Positions 40,033 to 51,277 of a stretch of 64,000 bases of DNA are shown piece by piece. The stretch covers positions 14,832-78,831 of the forward strand of contig CAZEFI010000007.1 in NCBI GenBank assembly GCA_964511425.1, read 5' to 3'. Origin of the DNA: an uncultured Pseudomonadales bacterium. GTDB taxonomy: Bacteria; Pseudomonadota; Gammaproteobacteria; Pseudomonadales; Azotimanducaceae. The position numbers and the translations under genes were made by a program. Under the pieces are notes generated by a model. That model saw only the letters and a program-made list of their open reading frames with translations. It was not told where the DNA came from and searched no databases. Numbering within the stretch: position 1 is the first letter of the stretch; each line of letters starts with the position of its first letter.

Positions 40033-40389
40033 TTATTTCCTAATAATTCGGCGTGGTCCCTTACGGGTACGTGCATTCGTTTGTGTCTGTTGCCCACGGA
40101 CCGGTAAGTTTCGCCGATGACGCAGTCCCCGATAACAACGTAAATCCATGAGACGCTTAATATTCATTGAGTTGATCCGGCGAAGGTCTCCTTCCACGGT
40201 AAGTCCATCTACGGCTGTTCGCAAACGGTTCAATTCATCCTCAGACAGATCCTGAATCTTCTTATCTGGCGCAATTTTCGCAGATTCACAAGCTTGTCTC
40301 GCTGTTGTGCGTCCGATGCCGTAAATGTACGTCAACGAAATTGCTGCGTGTTTATTGTCCGGTATGTTGACCCCGGAAAATCGTGCCAT
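40033..40389 (-). CDS. rpsM: 30S ribosomal protein S13
   Basis: [14 protein letters not shown] ... [24 protein letters not shown]. Confidence 0.95.
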   Translation of the reverse strand: MARFSGVNIPDNKHAAISLTYIYGIGRTTARQACESAKIAPDKKIQDLSEDELNRLRTAVDGLTVEGDLRRINSMNIKRLMDLRCYRGLRHRRNLPVRGQQTQTNARTRKGPRRIIRK

Positions 40390-40394
40390 ACTTC

Positions 40395-40511
40395 TTAACC
40401 TTGTCTCTGTTTGTGTCTCGGTTCCTTCTTACAAATCACGTAGATGACGCGCTTCCTACGCACAATCTTGCAATTCCTACACATACGTTTTACCGAAGCT
40501 CTGACTTTCAC
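40395..40511 (-). CDS. rpmJ: 50S ribosomal protein L36 (zinc-ribbon type, GTG start); not in the ORF track
   Basis: My translation is [38 protein letters not shown]. It sits between secY and rpsM as expected. Confidence 0.9.
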   Translation of the reverse strand: MKVRASVKRMCRNCKIVRRKRVIYVICKKEPRHKQRQG

Positions 40512-40536
40512 GATTTCTTGGACTCTTTATGCTCGC

Positions 40537-41868
40537 CTAACGTGTTCTACGACTGTAATTTCGTAAGTTCGACTTTTCCATTAATTTCGCGTAATTACTG
40601 GAAAGTAAGTGTGCCTGGATCTGAGACATGAAGTCCATCGAGACTACGACGACAATCAATAATGCGGTACCGCCTAACTGAAATTGAATGTCGAAAAAAG
40701 CACGCATCAATTCTGGAACCAAGCACACAGACGTAACGTACAAAGATCCAAAAATGGTTAATTTGGTCGTAACGTCATCAATGTGGTCTGCTGTTTGTTG
40801 TCCAGGACGAATACCTTGAATATATGCACCCTGTCGTTTTAAATTGTCTGCAAGTTCTTTGGGATCGCGCACAATCGCAGTGTAGAAGAAACTAAAGAAA
40901 ATAATCCCAGCCGCAAATAACAAAATGTAAAGTGGTTGTCCCGGGCTCAGTATCAACGAGATCTCTTGCAAAAAGCCCAAGCCTTCATTCTGCCCAAACC
41001 ATTGCGACATCGAGGCTGGTGCAAGTAATAAACTCGATGCAAAAATTGCCGGAATCACGCCTGCCATGTTTACTTTAAACGGTAGATGACTTGTTTGTCC
41101 TTGGACCATACGGCGACCTTGCTGTCGCTTCGCGTAATGAATAGTGATCCGGCGCTCCCCTCGTTCGATGAAGACAACGAATCCAACCAAACCGATCGCA
41201 AAGACCAAGATTAAAAAGAGAAATGGCATGAAAATCAATCCTTCTCGGGCCATTTCGAAAGCTCCTGCGATTGCAGCAGGAAACCCGGACACAATTCCGG
41301 CGAAAATAAGTAGAGATATCCCGTTTCCAACCCCGTGTTCGGTTATTTTTTCGCCGAGCCACATCATGAATAGTGCACCAGTTACCAAAGTAACGAGCGA
41401 AATGAAGAAAAATCCAAATATGGAACTACCTGCAAACGGGAGTCCCTGAGCTACCAAAGTGCTCGTAAGTGCTACACCTTGAACAATCGAGATAAGCAAG
41501 GTGCCGTAGCGAGTGAGTTTGGTGATCTTGCGGCGACCAGATTCGCCTTCTTTCCGGAGTTGATTCAAGCGGGGGTACATCATCGTCAGCAAATTCATGA
41601 TGATGCTCGAAGTGATATACGGCATCACGCCGAGAGCCAGAATACTCATACGTTCTAATGCGCCGCCTGAGAACATATTAAATAGATCGAGTATGCCACC
41701 CTGTTGACTATCGAAAAGCCGTTGCAACGCAACCGGATCGATACCGGGCACCGGAATATGTGTACCGATACGATAGACGAGCAACGCAAAGAGGACAAAT
41801 AGGAGGCGTTTACGAAGTTCCGTTGTCCCAGTTTGAACTCCTGCTAATGCTGGTGCGACTGTAGCCAT
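40537..41868 (-). CDS. secY: Protein translocase subunit SecY
   Basis: 443-aa polytopic protein (LGVMPYITSSII, GTALLIVV) at the canonical position in the spc operon. Confidence 0.95.
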   Translation of the reverse strand: MATVAPALAGVQTGTTELRKRLLFVLFALLVYRIGTHIPVPGIDPVALQRLFDSQQGGILDLFNMFSGGALERMSILALGVMPYITSSIIMNLLTMMYPRLNQLRKEGESGRRKITKLTRYGTLLISIVQGVALTSTLVAQGLPFAGSSIFGFFFISLVTLVTGALFMMWLGEKITEHGVGNGISLLIFAGIVSGFPAAIAGAFEMAREGLIFMPFLFLILVFAIGLVGFVVFIERGERRITIHYAKRQQGRRMVQGQTSHLPFKVNMAGVIPAIFASSLLLAPASMSQWFGQNEGLGFLQEISLILSPGQPLYILLFAAGIIFFSFFYTAIVRDPKELADNLKRQGAYIQGIRPGQQTADHIDDVTTKLTIFGSLYVTSVCLVPELMRAFFDIQFQLGGTALLIVVVVSMDFMSQIQAHLLSSNYAKLMEKSNLRNYSRRTR

Positions 41869-41875
41869 CTCAATA

Positions 41876-42310
41876 CTACTCTTCTACCTTACCACCAGCT
41901 TTGTGAATCGCTGCTGCAGCACCATTCGTAACCTTGATCCCTCGAACGGTCAAGGCTCGGTCAATGTCACCTGAGTGAATAATCCGTGCTCTTTTAATAT
42001 TAGCAGTAATTAACCCTGCGGATTTCAAACTTTGAAGATCAACGATTTCACCTTCTATGGAGTTCAGCTCGTGCAATCGGACTTCACTGGTTACTCGTTG
42101 AATGCGCGAACGAAAACCGAAGGTTGGAATACGCTGTTGCAACGGTAGCTGCCCACCTTCAAACCCTCGTCTTACGCCACCACCCGACCGAGAGCACTGT
42201 CCTTTGTGACCTCGACCACATGTCTTACCTAATCCAGAAGAACCACCTCGGCCGACACGTTTAGATGCCTTCCTACTACCCTGCGCAGGAGTCAATTCGT
42301 TAAGTTTCAC
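41876..42310 (-). CDS. rplO: 50S ribosomal protein L15
   Basis: [14 protein letters not shown] ... GRGHKGQ. Confidence 0.95.
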   Translation of the reverse strand: MKLNELTPAQGSRKASKRVGRGGSSGLGKTCGRGHKGQCSRSGGGVRRGFEGGQLPLQQRIPTFGFRSRIQRVTSEVRLHELNSIEGEIVDLQSLKSAGLITANIKRARIIHSGDIDRALTVRGIKVTNGAAAAIHKAGGKVEE

Positions 42311-42507
42311 GATTTGGGTGCTTCCTTCACTTCTAGCAAGTAGCTCACTTCATTGATCATCCCTCGAATGGAGGGTGTATCTGCAACGATTACTTCATGG
42401 CCAATACGACGTAAACCCAAGCCACGGACACAAGCTTGATGTTTCCGCAGTCGACCAGAAATACTCTTCGTAAGCCGCAGCCGTATCTTAGCAGATTTTT
42501 TAGCCAC
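42307..42507 (-). CDS. rpmD: 50S ribosomal protein L30
   Basis: [26 protein letters not shown]. Confidence 0.9.
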   Translation of the reverse strand: MAKKSAKIRLRLTKSISGRLRKHQACVRGLGLRRIGHEVIVADTPSIRGMINEVSYLLEVKEAPKS

Positions 42508-43009
42508 GACCGCGTACTTCCTCTTCTGTCTTGTCCCGCTTGAGAGCTACCATTCGAGGAGATCTCATGTTGACTAATCCTTTGACTGTCGCTCGTACGA
42601 CATTTGTTGGATTGGTTGAGCCATAACACTTAGCAAGTACATCGCGCACTCCAGCGGCTTCAAGAACGGCGCGCATCGTACCTCCAGCAATTACGCCGGT
42701 TCCTTCCGAGGCAGGTTGCATGAATATTTTGGAGCTACCGTGTTTGGCGACGATGGGATACCAAAGCGTGACTCCGTTCAGTTCAATATCAAACATATTG
42801 CGTCGTGCTACCTGTCCCGATTTCTCAATTGCTTCAGCGCGCTCGCGGGCTTTACCTCGACCAAATCCAACTCTACCAGCACCGTCTCCCACGACGGACA
42901 GAGCAGTCCAAGAAAGTTGTCGACCTCCCTTGACGGTCTTCGCGACTCGAGTGGACGATACGAGCTTTTCGACTAATCCTTCTTCCCGGATTTCTTCTGA
43001 ATACGCCAT
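42500..43009 (-). CDS. rpsE: 30S ribosomal protein S5
   Basis: [14 protein letters not shown] ... GTGVIAGG. Confidence 0.95.
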   Translation of the reverse strand: MAYSEEIREEGLVEKLVSSTRVAKTVKGGRQLSWTALSVVGDGAGRVGFGRGKARERAEAIEKSGQVARRNMFDIELNGVTLWYPIVAKHGSSKIFMQPASEGTGVIAGGTMRAVLEAAGVRDVLAKCYGSTNPTNVVRATVKGLVNMRSPRMVALKRDKTEEEVRGRG

Positions 43010-43011
43010 GT

Positions 43012-43362
43012 TTAAAACTCTAATCCCTTCTTGCGAGCTTCCTCTGCTAATGCCTTGATCCTACCATGATAGAGATAACCTGATCGATCGAAAGCTACCT
43101 TCGAAATTCCCATATCTTTTGCCCGAGCCGCGATCAGCTCTCCAATTTTCTTAGCGGCGTCTTTATTTCCGGTCTTTTTCAATTTGAGCGACTTGTCTAG
43201 CGTGGAAGCCTGAGTTATCACTTCGTTCCCCGTACTATCAATAACCTGTGCATAGATGTGTTGTGAAGTTCGATGCACACTCAAACGAACAGCCCCTAAC
43301 TCCCGCATCTTATATCGTGCTCGCTTCGCACGTCGTCGCCGTGAAAGTTCTTTAATGCTCAT
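43012..43362 (-). CDS. rplR: 50S ribosomal protein L18
   Basis: [17 protein letters not shown] ... [26 protein letters not shown]. Confidence 0.95.
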   Translation of the reverse strand: MSIKELSRRRRAKRARYKMRELGAVRLSVHRTSQHIYAQVIDSTGNEVITQASTLDKSLKLKKTGNKDAAKKIGELIAARAKDMGISKVAFDRSGYLYHGRIKALAEEARKKGLEF

Positions 43363-43369
43363 GTTCTTG

Positions 43370-43900
43370 TTATTTCTTTACTTCTTTACGTTTGATGTAT
43401 TCGCCCTGATAACGTATTCCCTTCCCTTTGTAAGGTTCTGGCGAGCGCTTACTTCGAATATCCGCGGCGACTTGCCCAACAAGTTGCCGGTCTACGCCAG
43501 TAATTACCACTTCAGTCGGCGACGGGAGATTCAGTTCGATCCCTGTTGGTGGGACAAACTCGACGGGATGAGAAAAGCCCAATTGCATTACAAGCACATT
43601 ATTTTGAAGTTGAGCACGATAGCCTACCCCTTCTATTTGTAACCGTTTTTCCCACTTATCGGAAACTCCCTTGATCATGTTCTTCACAAGGGCGGTAATC
43701 GTTCCAGTCATAGCGCGGGCGTGTCTACTCGTACCGGTCGTCTGAATTCGCAAGATTCCGTTTTGTTGTTCGGTACTGACCCCGTCCGAGCGTGGTACCG
43801 AAAGTTCACCATGTTTTCCTTTTACACTAATTGTTGAGTCGCTTACCGCGACTTCGACACCCGATGGAATGGCTATCTCTCGCTCTGTGATCCTCGACAT
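43370..43900 (-). CDS. rplF: 50S ribosomal protein L6
   Basis: [17 protein letters not shown] ... [10 protein letters not shown]. Confidence 0.95.
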   Translation of the reverse strand: MSRITEREIAIPSGVEVAVSDSTISVKGKHGELSVPRSDGVSTEQQNGILRIQTTGTSRHARAMTGTITALVKNMIKGVSDKWEKRLQIEGVGYRAQLQNNVLVMQLGFSHPVEFVPPTGIELNLPSPTEVVITGVDRQLVGQVAADIRSKRSPEPYKGKGIRYQGEYIKRKEVKK

Positions 43901-43911
43901 CTCAAATCACC

Positions 43912-44304
43912 TTAGAAGACGGTACACAACACTTCACCACCAACACCGGCACGCCGGGCAGCACGGTCCGTCATCAAACCTTGATCGGTGCTCACTATTG
44001 CGATTCCTAAGCCCCCATTTACGCGAGGTAGCTCATCTTTCGTTTTATACGTACGCAAACCCGGTCGACTCATGCGCTTTAAGTCCTCAATCACTGAAAT
44101 GCCTTCCAAGTACTTCAGCTTCACAGTGAGTATTGGTTTTACGGACTTATCGACAGAATAACCGAGAATATAACCTTCATCCTGCAACACTTGACATATT
44201 GCTTCCTTGATCTTAGAACTCGGCATTGAGACGGTAAGCATCGAAACCATGGTAGCGTTGCGAATGCGCGTAAGAAAATCGGCAATGGGATCATGCATGC
44301 TCAT
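43912..44304 (-). CDS. rpsH: 30S ribosomal protein S8
   Basis: [17 protein letters not shown] ... GGEVLCTVF. Confidence 0.95.
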   Translation of the reverse strand: MSMHDPIADFLTRIRNATMVSMLTVSMPSSKIKEAICQVLQDEGYILGYSVDKSVKPILTVKLKYLEGISVIEDLKRMSRPGLRTYKTKDELPRVNGGLGIAIVSTDQGLMTDRAARRAGVGGEVLCTVF

Positions 44305-44309
44305 AGAAA

Positions 44310-44615
44310 CTACCAGCTAGACTTCTTCAATCCGGGTATCTCACCGCGCATTGCGGCCTCCCGAAGCTTAGTTCGCCCTAAACCAAAACGGCGATACACA
44401 CCTCGCGGACGACCGGTAATTTCACACCGGCGTTGGATCCGGATAGGGTTTGCATCGCGGGGCAACTTTTGTAGTTGTAACTGTGCCTCCCAACGTGCAT
44501 CATCGTCGAGAGCTCGATCATTGATCTTGGCTTTCAATTCCGCACGTTTCGTCGCGTATTTGGCAACTTTCTGTCGGCGTCTCTTCTCGCGTTCAAGCAT
44601 CGATTTTTTTGCCAT
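44310..44615 (-). CDS. rpsN: 30S ribosomal protein S14 (long, non-zinc form)
   Basis: 101 aa, [13 protein letters not shown] ... [11 protein letters not shown]. Confidence 0.95.
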   Translation of the reverse strand: MAKKSMLEREKRRRQKVAKYATKRAELKAKINDRALDDDARWEAQLQLQKLPRDANPIRIQRRCEITGRPRGVYRRFGLGRTKLREAAMRGEIPGLKKSSW

Positions 44616-44617
44616 CG

Positions 44618-45175
44618 TTAGCTCCGGAAAGGAAAGTTAAAGGCTTGCAGCAACGCTAGTCCCTCAGCGTCGTCGCGGGCAGTAGTAGTGATAGTCACGT
44701 TTAAGCCACGAAGAGAGTCAATTTTGTCATAATCAATCTCAGGGAAAATAATCTGCTCGGTAATTCCAAGCGAATAGTTCCCCCGACCGTCGAATGACCG
44801 AGGGTTGAGACCTCGAAAATCACGCATACGCGGGATCGCAATTCCGATGAGACGTTCGACGAACTCATACATGATCGTCCGTCGTAAAGTCACTTTACAT
44901 CCAATGGCATTGCCCTCGCGGATCTTAAACGCTGCTTCAGACTTTCGAGCGCGCGTGACTTTTGGTTTCTGTCCAGCAATCTTTGTCAGGTCGTCTACCG
45001 CACCGTCCAACAACTTTCGGTCGGCAATAGCCTTACCTACCCCCATATTGAGGGTTACCTTCACAAGTTTCGGTACACGCATAACGGACGTGAAACCATA
45101 TTCGGTCATTAACTTAGGTCGGATCTCATCAATGTACCGTTGGTGAAGATTGTTAGATGAACCGTTAGTCTTCAA
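44618..45175 (-). CDS. rplE: 50S ribosomal protein L5
   Basis: [19 protein letters not shown]...LNMGVGKA. The track ATG at 45223 gives a non-homologous extension of about 20 aa inside rplX. I prefer the in-frame TTG at 45175, with GTG 45184 as the alternative. Either start overlaps the rplX 3' end. Confidence 0.85.
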   Translation of the reverse strand: MKTNGSSNNLHQRYIDEIRPKLMTEYGFTSVMRVPKLVKVTLNMGVGKAIADRKLLDGAVDDLTKIAGQKPKVTRARKSEAAFKIREGNAIGCKVTLRRTIMYEFVERLIGIAIPRMRDFRGLNPRSFDGRGNYSLGITEQIIFPEIDYDKIDSLRGLNVTITTTARDDAEGLALLQAFNFPFRS

Positions 45176-45476
45176 TTGTAGCACCGTTAGATTTAAAGAA
45201 GCGCACTTTCTTACCGTCTTCAACGCGAAAGCCTACTTTATCTGCTTTTTCAGTTTCAGGATTCAAAATCGCAACGTTAGAAATGTGAAGTGGTGCTTCT
45301 TTTTGTAGGCGACCGTGACGCTCCCCAGGTTTTCTTGCTCGGGTGTGTCGCGTGATTTCATTAATCCCACTCACTACAACACGATCTTTGCCTCTAAGTT
45401 CGACCACATCACCGGTTCGACCTTTGTCTTTCCCAGCCAGCACAATCACCTCATCATCGACTTGAATACGACGCAC
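45165..45476 (-). CDS. rplX: 50S ribosomal protein L24
   Basis: [22 protein letters not shown]. Confidence 0.95.
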   Translation of the reverse strand: MRRIQVDDEVIVLAGKDKGRTGDVVELRGKDRVVVSGINEITRHTRARKPGERHGRLQKEAPLHISNVAILNPETEKADKVGFRVEDGKKVRFFKSNGATIED

Positions 45477-45478
45477 CT

Positions 45479-45847
45479 TCAGAGCACCTCTGGAGCGAGT
45501 GAAATAATGCGCATGAACTCACGGGCACGTAACTCTCTTGTTACCGGCCCAAAAATGCGAGTGCCGATCGGTTCTTTAGCTTCATTGACGAGTACTGCTG
45601 CATTTTGATCGAAGCGAATCACCGATCCATCTTGGCGCCGAACACCTTTCTTTGTACGCACGACCACTGCGCGCAATAACTGACCTTTCCGGACACGACT
45701 GCGTGGCATGGCTTCCTTGACGCTCACACGAATGACATCGCCAATGTGCGCGTATCGACGACGAGATCCTCCAAGCACTTTAATACACTGCACTTTTCGA
45801 GCACCGCTATTGTCTGCAACATCAAGTACTGTTTCACTCTGGATCAT
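45479..45847 (-). CDS. rplN: 50S ribosomal protein L14
   Basis: [27 protein letters not shown]. Confidence 0.95.
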   Translation of the reverse strand: MIQSETVLDVADNSGARKVQCIKVLGGSRRRYAHIGDVIRVSVKEAMPRSRVRKGQLLRAVVVRTKKGVRRQDGSVIRFDQNAAVLVNEAKEPIGTRIFGPVTRELRAREFMRIISLAPEVL

Positions 45848-46119
45848 GTCTGAGCTTTCCTAACCCGTTCATCTACCGACAGTAATTTCCAAGACTTTGC
45901 CTTGGATACAGGACGACATTCTTGAATACTTACCGAGTCGCCAACTTGCGCTTCGTTATTCTCGTCGTGAACTTGAAACTTTGTAGACCGTCCAATAATC
46001 TTTCCATACAATGGATGCCGCACGCGTCGGTCGACGCGCACTGCAATCGTTTTATCGGCGGTATTCGCGACAACAAGACCGCTCACGGTTCGAGCATTCG
46101 TAGTTTGCGACTCAGCCAT
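45844..46119 (-). CDS. rpsQ: 30S ribosomal protein S17
   Basis: [29 protein letters not shown]. Confidence 0.95.
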   Translation of the reverse strand: MAESQTTNARTVSGLVVANTADKTIAVRVDRRVRHPLYGKIIGRSTKFQVHDENNEAQVGDSVSIQECRPVSKAKSWKLLSVDERVRKAQT

Positions 46120-46303
46120 CGCGTTTCTCTCGTATTATGGTGTTAACTCTTGCGATGTTCCGCCGTGCTTCTTTAATTAAATGTGTTTGTGCTAATTGAT
46201 CTGACGCACGTTGAAAACGCAAATTAAATTGCTCTTTCTTGAGATTCACATACTCCTCTTCAAGTTCTTTTAACGACATGGCACGTAGATCCTCTGTTTT
46301 CAT
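46112..46303 (-). CDS. rpmC: 50S ribosomal protein L29
   Basis: 63 aa, [21 protein letters not shown]. Confidence 0.93.
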   Translation of the reverse strand: MKTEDLRAMSLKELEEEYVNLKKEQFNLRFQRASDQLAQTHLIKEARRNIARVNTIIREKRDG

Positions 46304-46716
46304 TACATCGCCTGTCTAGCAACTACGGTCGTGGCAAAAGGTAATTTACTCGCAGCAAGTTGAAATGCGACACGCGCATCCGCTTCGCTCACACCAGCGA
46401 GCTCATACAACACCCGTCCCGGTTGAACCTGTGCGACCCAATATTCGACCGAACCCTTCCCTTTTCCTTGTCGCACCTCAAGTGGTTTTTTCGTAATCGG
46501 TTTATCGGGAAAAACGCGAATCCAAACTTTACCGCCGCGCCGTAAAGATCGAGTCATCGCGCGACGAGCTGCTTCGATTTGACGTGCAGTCATTCGACCT
46601 CGTCCGGACGCCTTCAACCCATATTCTCCAAAACAAACTTTGTTACCACGTTGGGCTAGACCGCGATTGCGACCTTTTTGTTGTTTACGGTACTTTGTTC
46701 TCGATGGTTGAAGCAT
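46303..46716 (-). CDS. rplP: 50S ribosomal protein L16
   Basis: [19 protein letters not shown]. Confidence 0.95.
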   Translation of the reverse strand: MLQPSRTKYRKQQKGRNRGLAQRGNKVCFGEYGLKASGRGRMTARQIEAARRAMTRSLRRGGKVWIRVFPDKPITKKPLEVRQGKGKGSVEYWVAQVQPGRVLYELAGVSEADARVAFQLAASKLPFATTVVARQAM

Positions 46717-46724
46717 GATTAGTG

Positions 46725-47393
46725 CTATTTACCTCGCGGTGCGGTTGATGTTTGTTCTTCTGTATCGCCAATAACTTCACCTTTGAAGACCCAGACTTTC
46801 ACACCTAAGACTCCATACGTAGTCATCGCCTCTGCTACCGCGTAATCTATGTCTGCACGTAAGGTGTGCAATGGAACCCGGCCTTCTGAATAGACTTCTG
46901 ATCGAGCAAGTTCCTGTCCATTGAGCCGGCCCGATACTCGCACTTTGATGCCCTCGGCTCCTAATCGCATTGCGTTTTGGAGAACGCGGCGCACAGCGCG
47001 ACGATATTGCACGCGTCGTTCCAATTGTTGTGCAACATTGCAAGCTACTAAATACGCATCCAGTTCCGGTTTCCGCACTTCTTCAACATTGATGACCACA
47101 GGCCCGCCGATCCGCTGTTGCAGTTGACCGCGTAATCGCTCAACATCTGCTCCCCTTTGTCCGATGACCATACCAGGTCGAGCTGTGTGAATCGTGATTC
47201 GGGCATCTTGCGACGGTCGTTGAATGTCAATTCGACTCACGAATGCCTGCTGTAACTCGGACGCGATGAACTCCCGAATTTCATGATCATTCTTTAGGAA
47301 CTCTCGGTACTTTTGCTTATTGGCATACCAAATCGAACTGTGGTCACGAACAATTCCTAATCGGAAACCATTTGGATTTACTTTTTGGCCCAT
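46725..47393 (-). CDS. rpsC: 30S ribosomal protein S3
   Basis: [24 protein letters not shown]. Confidence 0.95.
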   Translation of the reverse strand: MGQKVNPNGFRLGIVRDHSSIWYANKQKYREFLKNDHEIREFIASELQQAFVSRIDIQRPSQDARITIHTARPGMVIGQRGADVERLRGQLQQRIGGPVVINVEEVRKPELDAYLVACNVAQQLERRVQYRRAVRRVLQNAMRLGAEGIKVRVSGRLNGQELARSEVYSEGRVPLHTLRADIDYAVAEAMTTYGVLGVKVWVFKGEVIGDTEEQTSTAPRGK

Positions 47394-47408
47394 GTCTATT
47401 CCAACTCC

Positions 47409-47753
47409 CTAATCTTCATCAAGGCGATCAGACACAGCTACGGTGATTTGGCATGTGCGTTTTAGGATACGATTTCCTCGACCGCGAGCACGCGCACGAA
47501 ATCGCTTCATGCGAAATCCCTCATTTACATAAATCTCACTGATGGAGAGTTCGTCGATATCAGCATCAAGGTTCTGTTCCGCATTCGACACCGCAGAGTC
47601 GAGAACTTTCTTCACTAATTTGGCACTCTTTTGCACATCGTGTTCGAGAATACTGAGTGCTTCATGAATGTTGCGGCCACGAATCTGGTTCGCAACGAGT
47701 CGCGCTTTTTGCGGGGACACTCGCAATCCTCTTGCTATTGCTTGTACTCGCAT
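47409..47753 (-). CDS. rplV: 50S ribosomal protein L22
   Basis: RVSPQKARLVANQIRG ... RARGRGNRILKRTCQITV. Confidence 0.95.
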   Translation of the reverse strand: MRVQAIARGLRVSPQKARLVANQIRGRNIHEALSILEHDVQKSAKLVKKVLDSAVSNAEQNLDADIDELSISEIYVNEGFRMKRFRARARGRGNRILKRTCQITVAVSDRLDED

Positions 47754-47776
47754 ACCGATGTTTATCCTTCCAGTTC

Positions 47777-48055
47777 CTAAACTGCCTTCGACTTTCGGTC
47801 GCCAGCGTGTCCTTTAAAAGTTCGCGTCGCCGCAAATTCGCCTAATTTATGCCCCACCAGTTCTTCGGTGATAAACACGGGCATGTGTTGTCTGCCATTG
47901 TGCACCAGGATGGTTAAGCCAACCATTTCTGGTACGATCATCGATCGGCGAGACCAAGTTTTAATCGGTCGCTTGTCTCGACTCTCTTGTGCTTTTTCTA
48001 CCTTTCGTAGTAAGCTCGTATCTACGAATGGACCTTTACGAATCGAGCGTGCCAT
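47777..48055 (-). CDS. rpsS: 30S ribosomal protein S19
   Basis: [12 protein letters not shown] ... [24 protein letters not shown]. Confidence 0.95.
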   Translation of the reverse strand: MARSIRKGPFVDTSLLRKVEKAQESRDKRPIKTWSRRSMIVPEMVGLTILVHNGRQHMPVFITEELVGHKLGEFAATRTFKGHAGDRKSKAV

Positions 48056-48057
48056 CG

Positions 48058-48885
48058 TTAGTTACGTCCTCGGCGACGAATGATCAGCCGATCGCTCGGC
48101 CGTTTGCGCCTTGTCGTATGCCCTTTGGTGGGGACTCCAGTCGGAGACACCGGGTGACGACCCCCGCTCGATTTGCCTTCTCCACCACCATGTGGATGAT
48201 CGACGGGATTCATCGCCACGCCACGTACGGTTGGTCGAATTCCGCGCCAACGTTTGGCACCGGCTTTACCAAACGAGCGTAAATTGTGTTCCGTATTCCC
48301 CACTTCTCCTAATACCGCACGACACTCGCTCAACACCCGACGCATTTCTCCGGAACGGAGTCGTAAGGTAGCATAGTTACCTTCGCGTGCGACCAACTGA
48401 GCCGAAGTTCCAGCACTACGTGCCAGTTGAGCACCTTTACGAGGTTTAAGTTCGATACAGTGTATTAGGCTACCAATTGGAACATTTCGTAAGGGCATGG
48501 CGTTACCAGACCGGATCGGTACTGTCGACCCAGAACGAATTTCTGCCCCCGGTTTCACACCCTTCGGCGCGATTATGTACCGACGTTCTCCGTCGGCATA
48601 TTTCAACAATGCAATATTCGCACTTCGGTTAGGATCGTATTCCAATCGTTCCACGATTGCAGGAACGCCGTCTTTTTCCCTTTTGAAGTCTACTTTTCGG
48701 TAATGCTGCTTGTGCCCTCCACCACGATGGCGCACGGTGATCCGGCCTTTACCATTTCGACCCGCTTGTGAAGGCTTTGGTTCAAGCAGTGGCTTATATG
48801 GAGAGCCCGTGTGCAAAGACTTATCAACGACTTTTGCAACAAAACGGCGCCCCGGCGAAGTTGGTTTTGTTCGTACCACCGGCAT
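48058..48885 (-). CDS. rplB: 50S ribosomal protein L2
   Basis: 275 aa, [12 protein letters not shown] ... [15 protein letters not shown]. Confidence 0.95.
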   Translation of the reverse strand: MPVVRTKPTSPGRRFVAKVVDKSLHTGSPYKPLLEPKPSQAGRNGKGRITVRHRGGGHKQHYRKVDFKREKDGVPAIVERLEYDPNRSANIALLKYADGERRYIIAPKGVKPGAEIRSGSTVPIRSGNAMPLRNVPIGSLIHCIELKPRKGAQLARSAGTSAQLVAREGNYATLRLRSGEMRRVLSECRAVLGEVGNTEHNLRSFGKAGAKRWRGIRPTVRGVAMNPVDHPHGGGEGKSSGGRHPVSPTGVPTKGHTTRRKRPSDRLIIRRRGRN

Positions 48886-49193
48886 TAGCGTATCTCCTTC
48901 GTTAAATCAATACGCTCACCTTCTCTCAGGCGCACATATGCTTTTTTCCAATTCTTCCGGTTGCCCGACGGCATCCGTTGAATAGCGCGACGAACAGGTT
49001 TACCTTTCACGTTGACCGTCGTCACGTTGTCGACTACCACGTCAAACAATTGTTCAACGGCATCTCGTACTTCAGCTTTCGTTGCATCGTTCGCAACAAC
49101 AAAGCAGTACTGATTCGCGCGCATACCCAGTCGAGTTACCTTTTCCGTCACGTGAGGGCGATCCAGAACCGTGTATAGCCTATCTACTTTCAT
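48885..49193 (-). CDS. rplW: 50S ribosomal protein L23
   Basis: 102 aa between rplD and rplB, with [24 protein letters not shown]. Confidence 0.9.
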   Translation of the reverse strand: MKVDRLYTVLDRPHVTEKVTRLGMRANQYCFVVANDATKAEVRDAVEQLFDVVVDNVTTVNVKGKPVRRAIQRMPSGNRKNWKKAYVRLREGERIDLTKEIR

Positions 49194-49792
49194 GCTAAGC
49201 GAGCCTCCAATGCGCGAACTGACTCGACATCCATGAGTAATTGGTCCGCGCTAACTAACAACCGAGGGTTAACACCTGCGGAAGTTTGGACAGATACGTT
49301 TTTTAAATTGGCGACAGCTTTCTGTAAATTTTCAGAGGGTGCTGTTAGAACGATTATTGGGTTTTGAAGTTTGAGTTTGTGAAGAGTTTGTTGGAGGAGT
49401 TTTGTCTTGGGTTGGTCGATGTCGAGTGATTCGGTGATGGTGATTCGTTGCTGTCGTATTAACTCAGAAAGAATACATCGCATTGCGCCCCTGTACATTT
49501 TCCGATTGACTTTTTGCACAGCGACGAATGGTTTATTTGCAAACGTTACACCTCCACCGCGCCAGATAGGACTGTTTCGCGTGCCGGACCGAGCTCGACC
49601 AGTACCTTTCTGTCGCCATGGCTTTGCACCACCGCCACGTACATCGGAGCGAGACTTTTGCGCTTTAGTTCCTCGATGTCCGTTTGAAAGATAGGCTTGA
49701 ACGACTTGCTGCACCAAAGCCGCATTGAACTCGACGTTGAACACCGCATCGTTGAGTTCCAGACTCTCCCCCGAGTTGAGTGCAACTTCCAT
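49190..49792 (-). CDS. rplD: 50S ribosomal protein L4
   Basis: 200 aa, RGGGAKPWRQKGTGRARSGT. Confidence 0.95.
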   Translation of the reverse strand: MEVALNSGESLELNDAVFNVEFNAALVQQVVQAYLSNGHRGTKAQKSRSDVRGGGAKPWRQKGTGRARSGTRNSPIWRGGGVTFANKPFVAVQKVNRKMYRGAMRCILSELIRQQRITITESLDIDQPKTKLLQQTLHKLKLQNPIIVLTAPSENLQKAVANLKNVSVQTSAGVNPRLLVSADQLLMDVESVRALEARLA

Positions 49793-49797
49793 GATTC

Positions 49798-50502
49798 TTA
49801 CTCGTCGTCGGGTGTAGTTGTCGGTGGGGTCTGCAGACCTTGTTTGACCGCCGGTCGTACAAGTACCCGTGTTCCAGGAGCACCAGGTATCGCACCTTTA
49901 ATCAATATCGTATTTCGTTCGGTATCGAGCTTCACAATTTCCAAGTTTTGCGTTGTGACTTGCGTATTGCCTAACTGACCAGCCATTTTTTTACCTTTAA
50001 AAACTCGGCCGGGAGTTTGACATTGGCCGATTGATCCACCCGCACGATGCGAAAGTGAATTTCCGTGAGTAGTATCCTGCCGCTGAAAGTTCCACCGCTT
50101 GATTACGCCCGCAAATCCCTTCCCTTTGGATGTGCCGGTGACATCTACGAATTGCCCTTCAAAAAACTGAGCAACTAATAGCGACTCGCCAATTTCAATA
50201 TTGCGTTCCGAGTCGGAAACCCAGTGCCGGTCCAGTCGAAATTCGTGCATACTATCGCCTGTTTCGGTCTGACTCTTAGCCAAATGACCTAGTAGAGGCT
50301 TAACACCTCGACGATGCCGACCAGTCTTGCGTGGTTGCGTTCCATGAACAACTTGTATGGCTTTGTAGGAATCGGTGTCTTCCGTCTTAATCTGCGTTAT
50401 TCGGTTTGGTTCTGCATGCACCACAGTGACCGGCATGGAAACGCCATCCGATGCGAATACGCGAGTCATCCCGCTTTTTATACCAACAATTCCAATCGCC
50501 AT
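49798..50502 (-). CDS. rplC: 50S ribosomal protein L3
   Basis: The start is the internal ATG 50502 ([16 protein letters not shown]). The track start 50550 adds 16 non-homologous residues. Confidence 0.93.
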   Translation of the reverse strand: MAIGIVGIKSGMTRVFASDGVSMPVTVVHAEPNRITQIKTEDTDSYKAIQVVHGTQPRKTGRHRRGVKPLLGHLAKSQTETGDSMHEFRLDRHWVSDSERNIEIGESLLVAQFFEGQFVDVTGTSKGKGFAGVIKRWNFQRQDTTHGNSLSHRAGGSIGQCQTPGRVFKGKKMAGQLGNTQVTTQNLEIVKLDTERNTILIKGAIPGAPGTRVLVRPAVKQGLQTPPTTTPDDE

Positions 50503-50673
50503 ATCTATGGTTTTTCGTTTGTGTAAACATAGCAACGAACGCTCAAACATGCCTTACCCGTGAAATCTCACAGGTTAGCACGCTACTCGCTCTAATTGCT
50601 TGAACTAAACAGAACCCAATACCGCGCAGCCACCAAAAATCGAAGACTCCGCATTCGTATTTACAGTTCTGTG

Positions 50674-50994
50674 TTACTTCGTATCAATCTTTAAGTCTAC
50701 GTCTACTCCTGCCGCTAACTCAAGATTCATTAACGCATCAATCGTTCGTTCTGGTGGATCAACGATATAAAGCAATCGCTTGTGCGTACGAATTTCATAC
50801 TGATCTCGAGCGTCTTTATCCACGTGTGGTGAAATCAACACCGTGAATCGTTCCAACTTCGTCGGCAGAGGAATAGGTCCCAGTACTCTCGCACCGGTCT
50901 GCTTCGTCGCCGCGATGATATCTTCCGCGGATTGGTCGATCAGCCGATGATCATACGCCTTAAGTCTAATCTGAATACGATTTTCTTCGGCCAC
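50674..50994 (-). CDS. rpsJ: 30S ribosomal protein S10 (GTG start)
   Basis: [17 protein letters not shown] ... [10 protein letters not shown]. Confidence 0.95.
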   Translation of the reverse strand: MAEENRIQIRLKAYDHRLIDQSAEDIIAATKQTGARVLGPIPLPTKLERFTVLISPHVDKDARDQYEIRTHKRLLYIVDPPERTIDALMNLELAAGVDVDLKIDTK

Positions 50995-51214
50995 TCAGCC
51001 CCGTACCTCACGGAAATTTGCAATATTTCAATGCTTCGGTTCCGGGGCAACCCGCCCGAATGCGTAAAGGAATAGGATTTTACAGATGGAAAGCTCGGTT
51101 GCAATGGCATCCGAATAGAAACTCAACGAAGTCTAATAACCACCATTTTGTACGCTGACCAGATAGAACGGCAAGCACAAAAAAGGACCAGTTAAAACCG
51201 ATGTGGAGAAAGAA

Positions 51215-51246
51215 CAGCCTTACCGTAAAGGCTCACGGTAAGGCTG
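51215..51246 (-). terminator. Rho-independent terminator candidate downstream of tuf
   Basis: Perfect 12-bp inverted repeat CAGCCTTACCGT / ACGGTAAGGCTG with an 8-nt loop, 31 nt after the tuf stop. On the transcribed strand it is followed by TTCTTTCTCC. Confidence 0.65.
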
Positions 51247-51277
51247 TTTGAATCCAATCGTTATGAAGAGCTATAGA

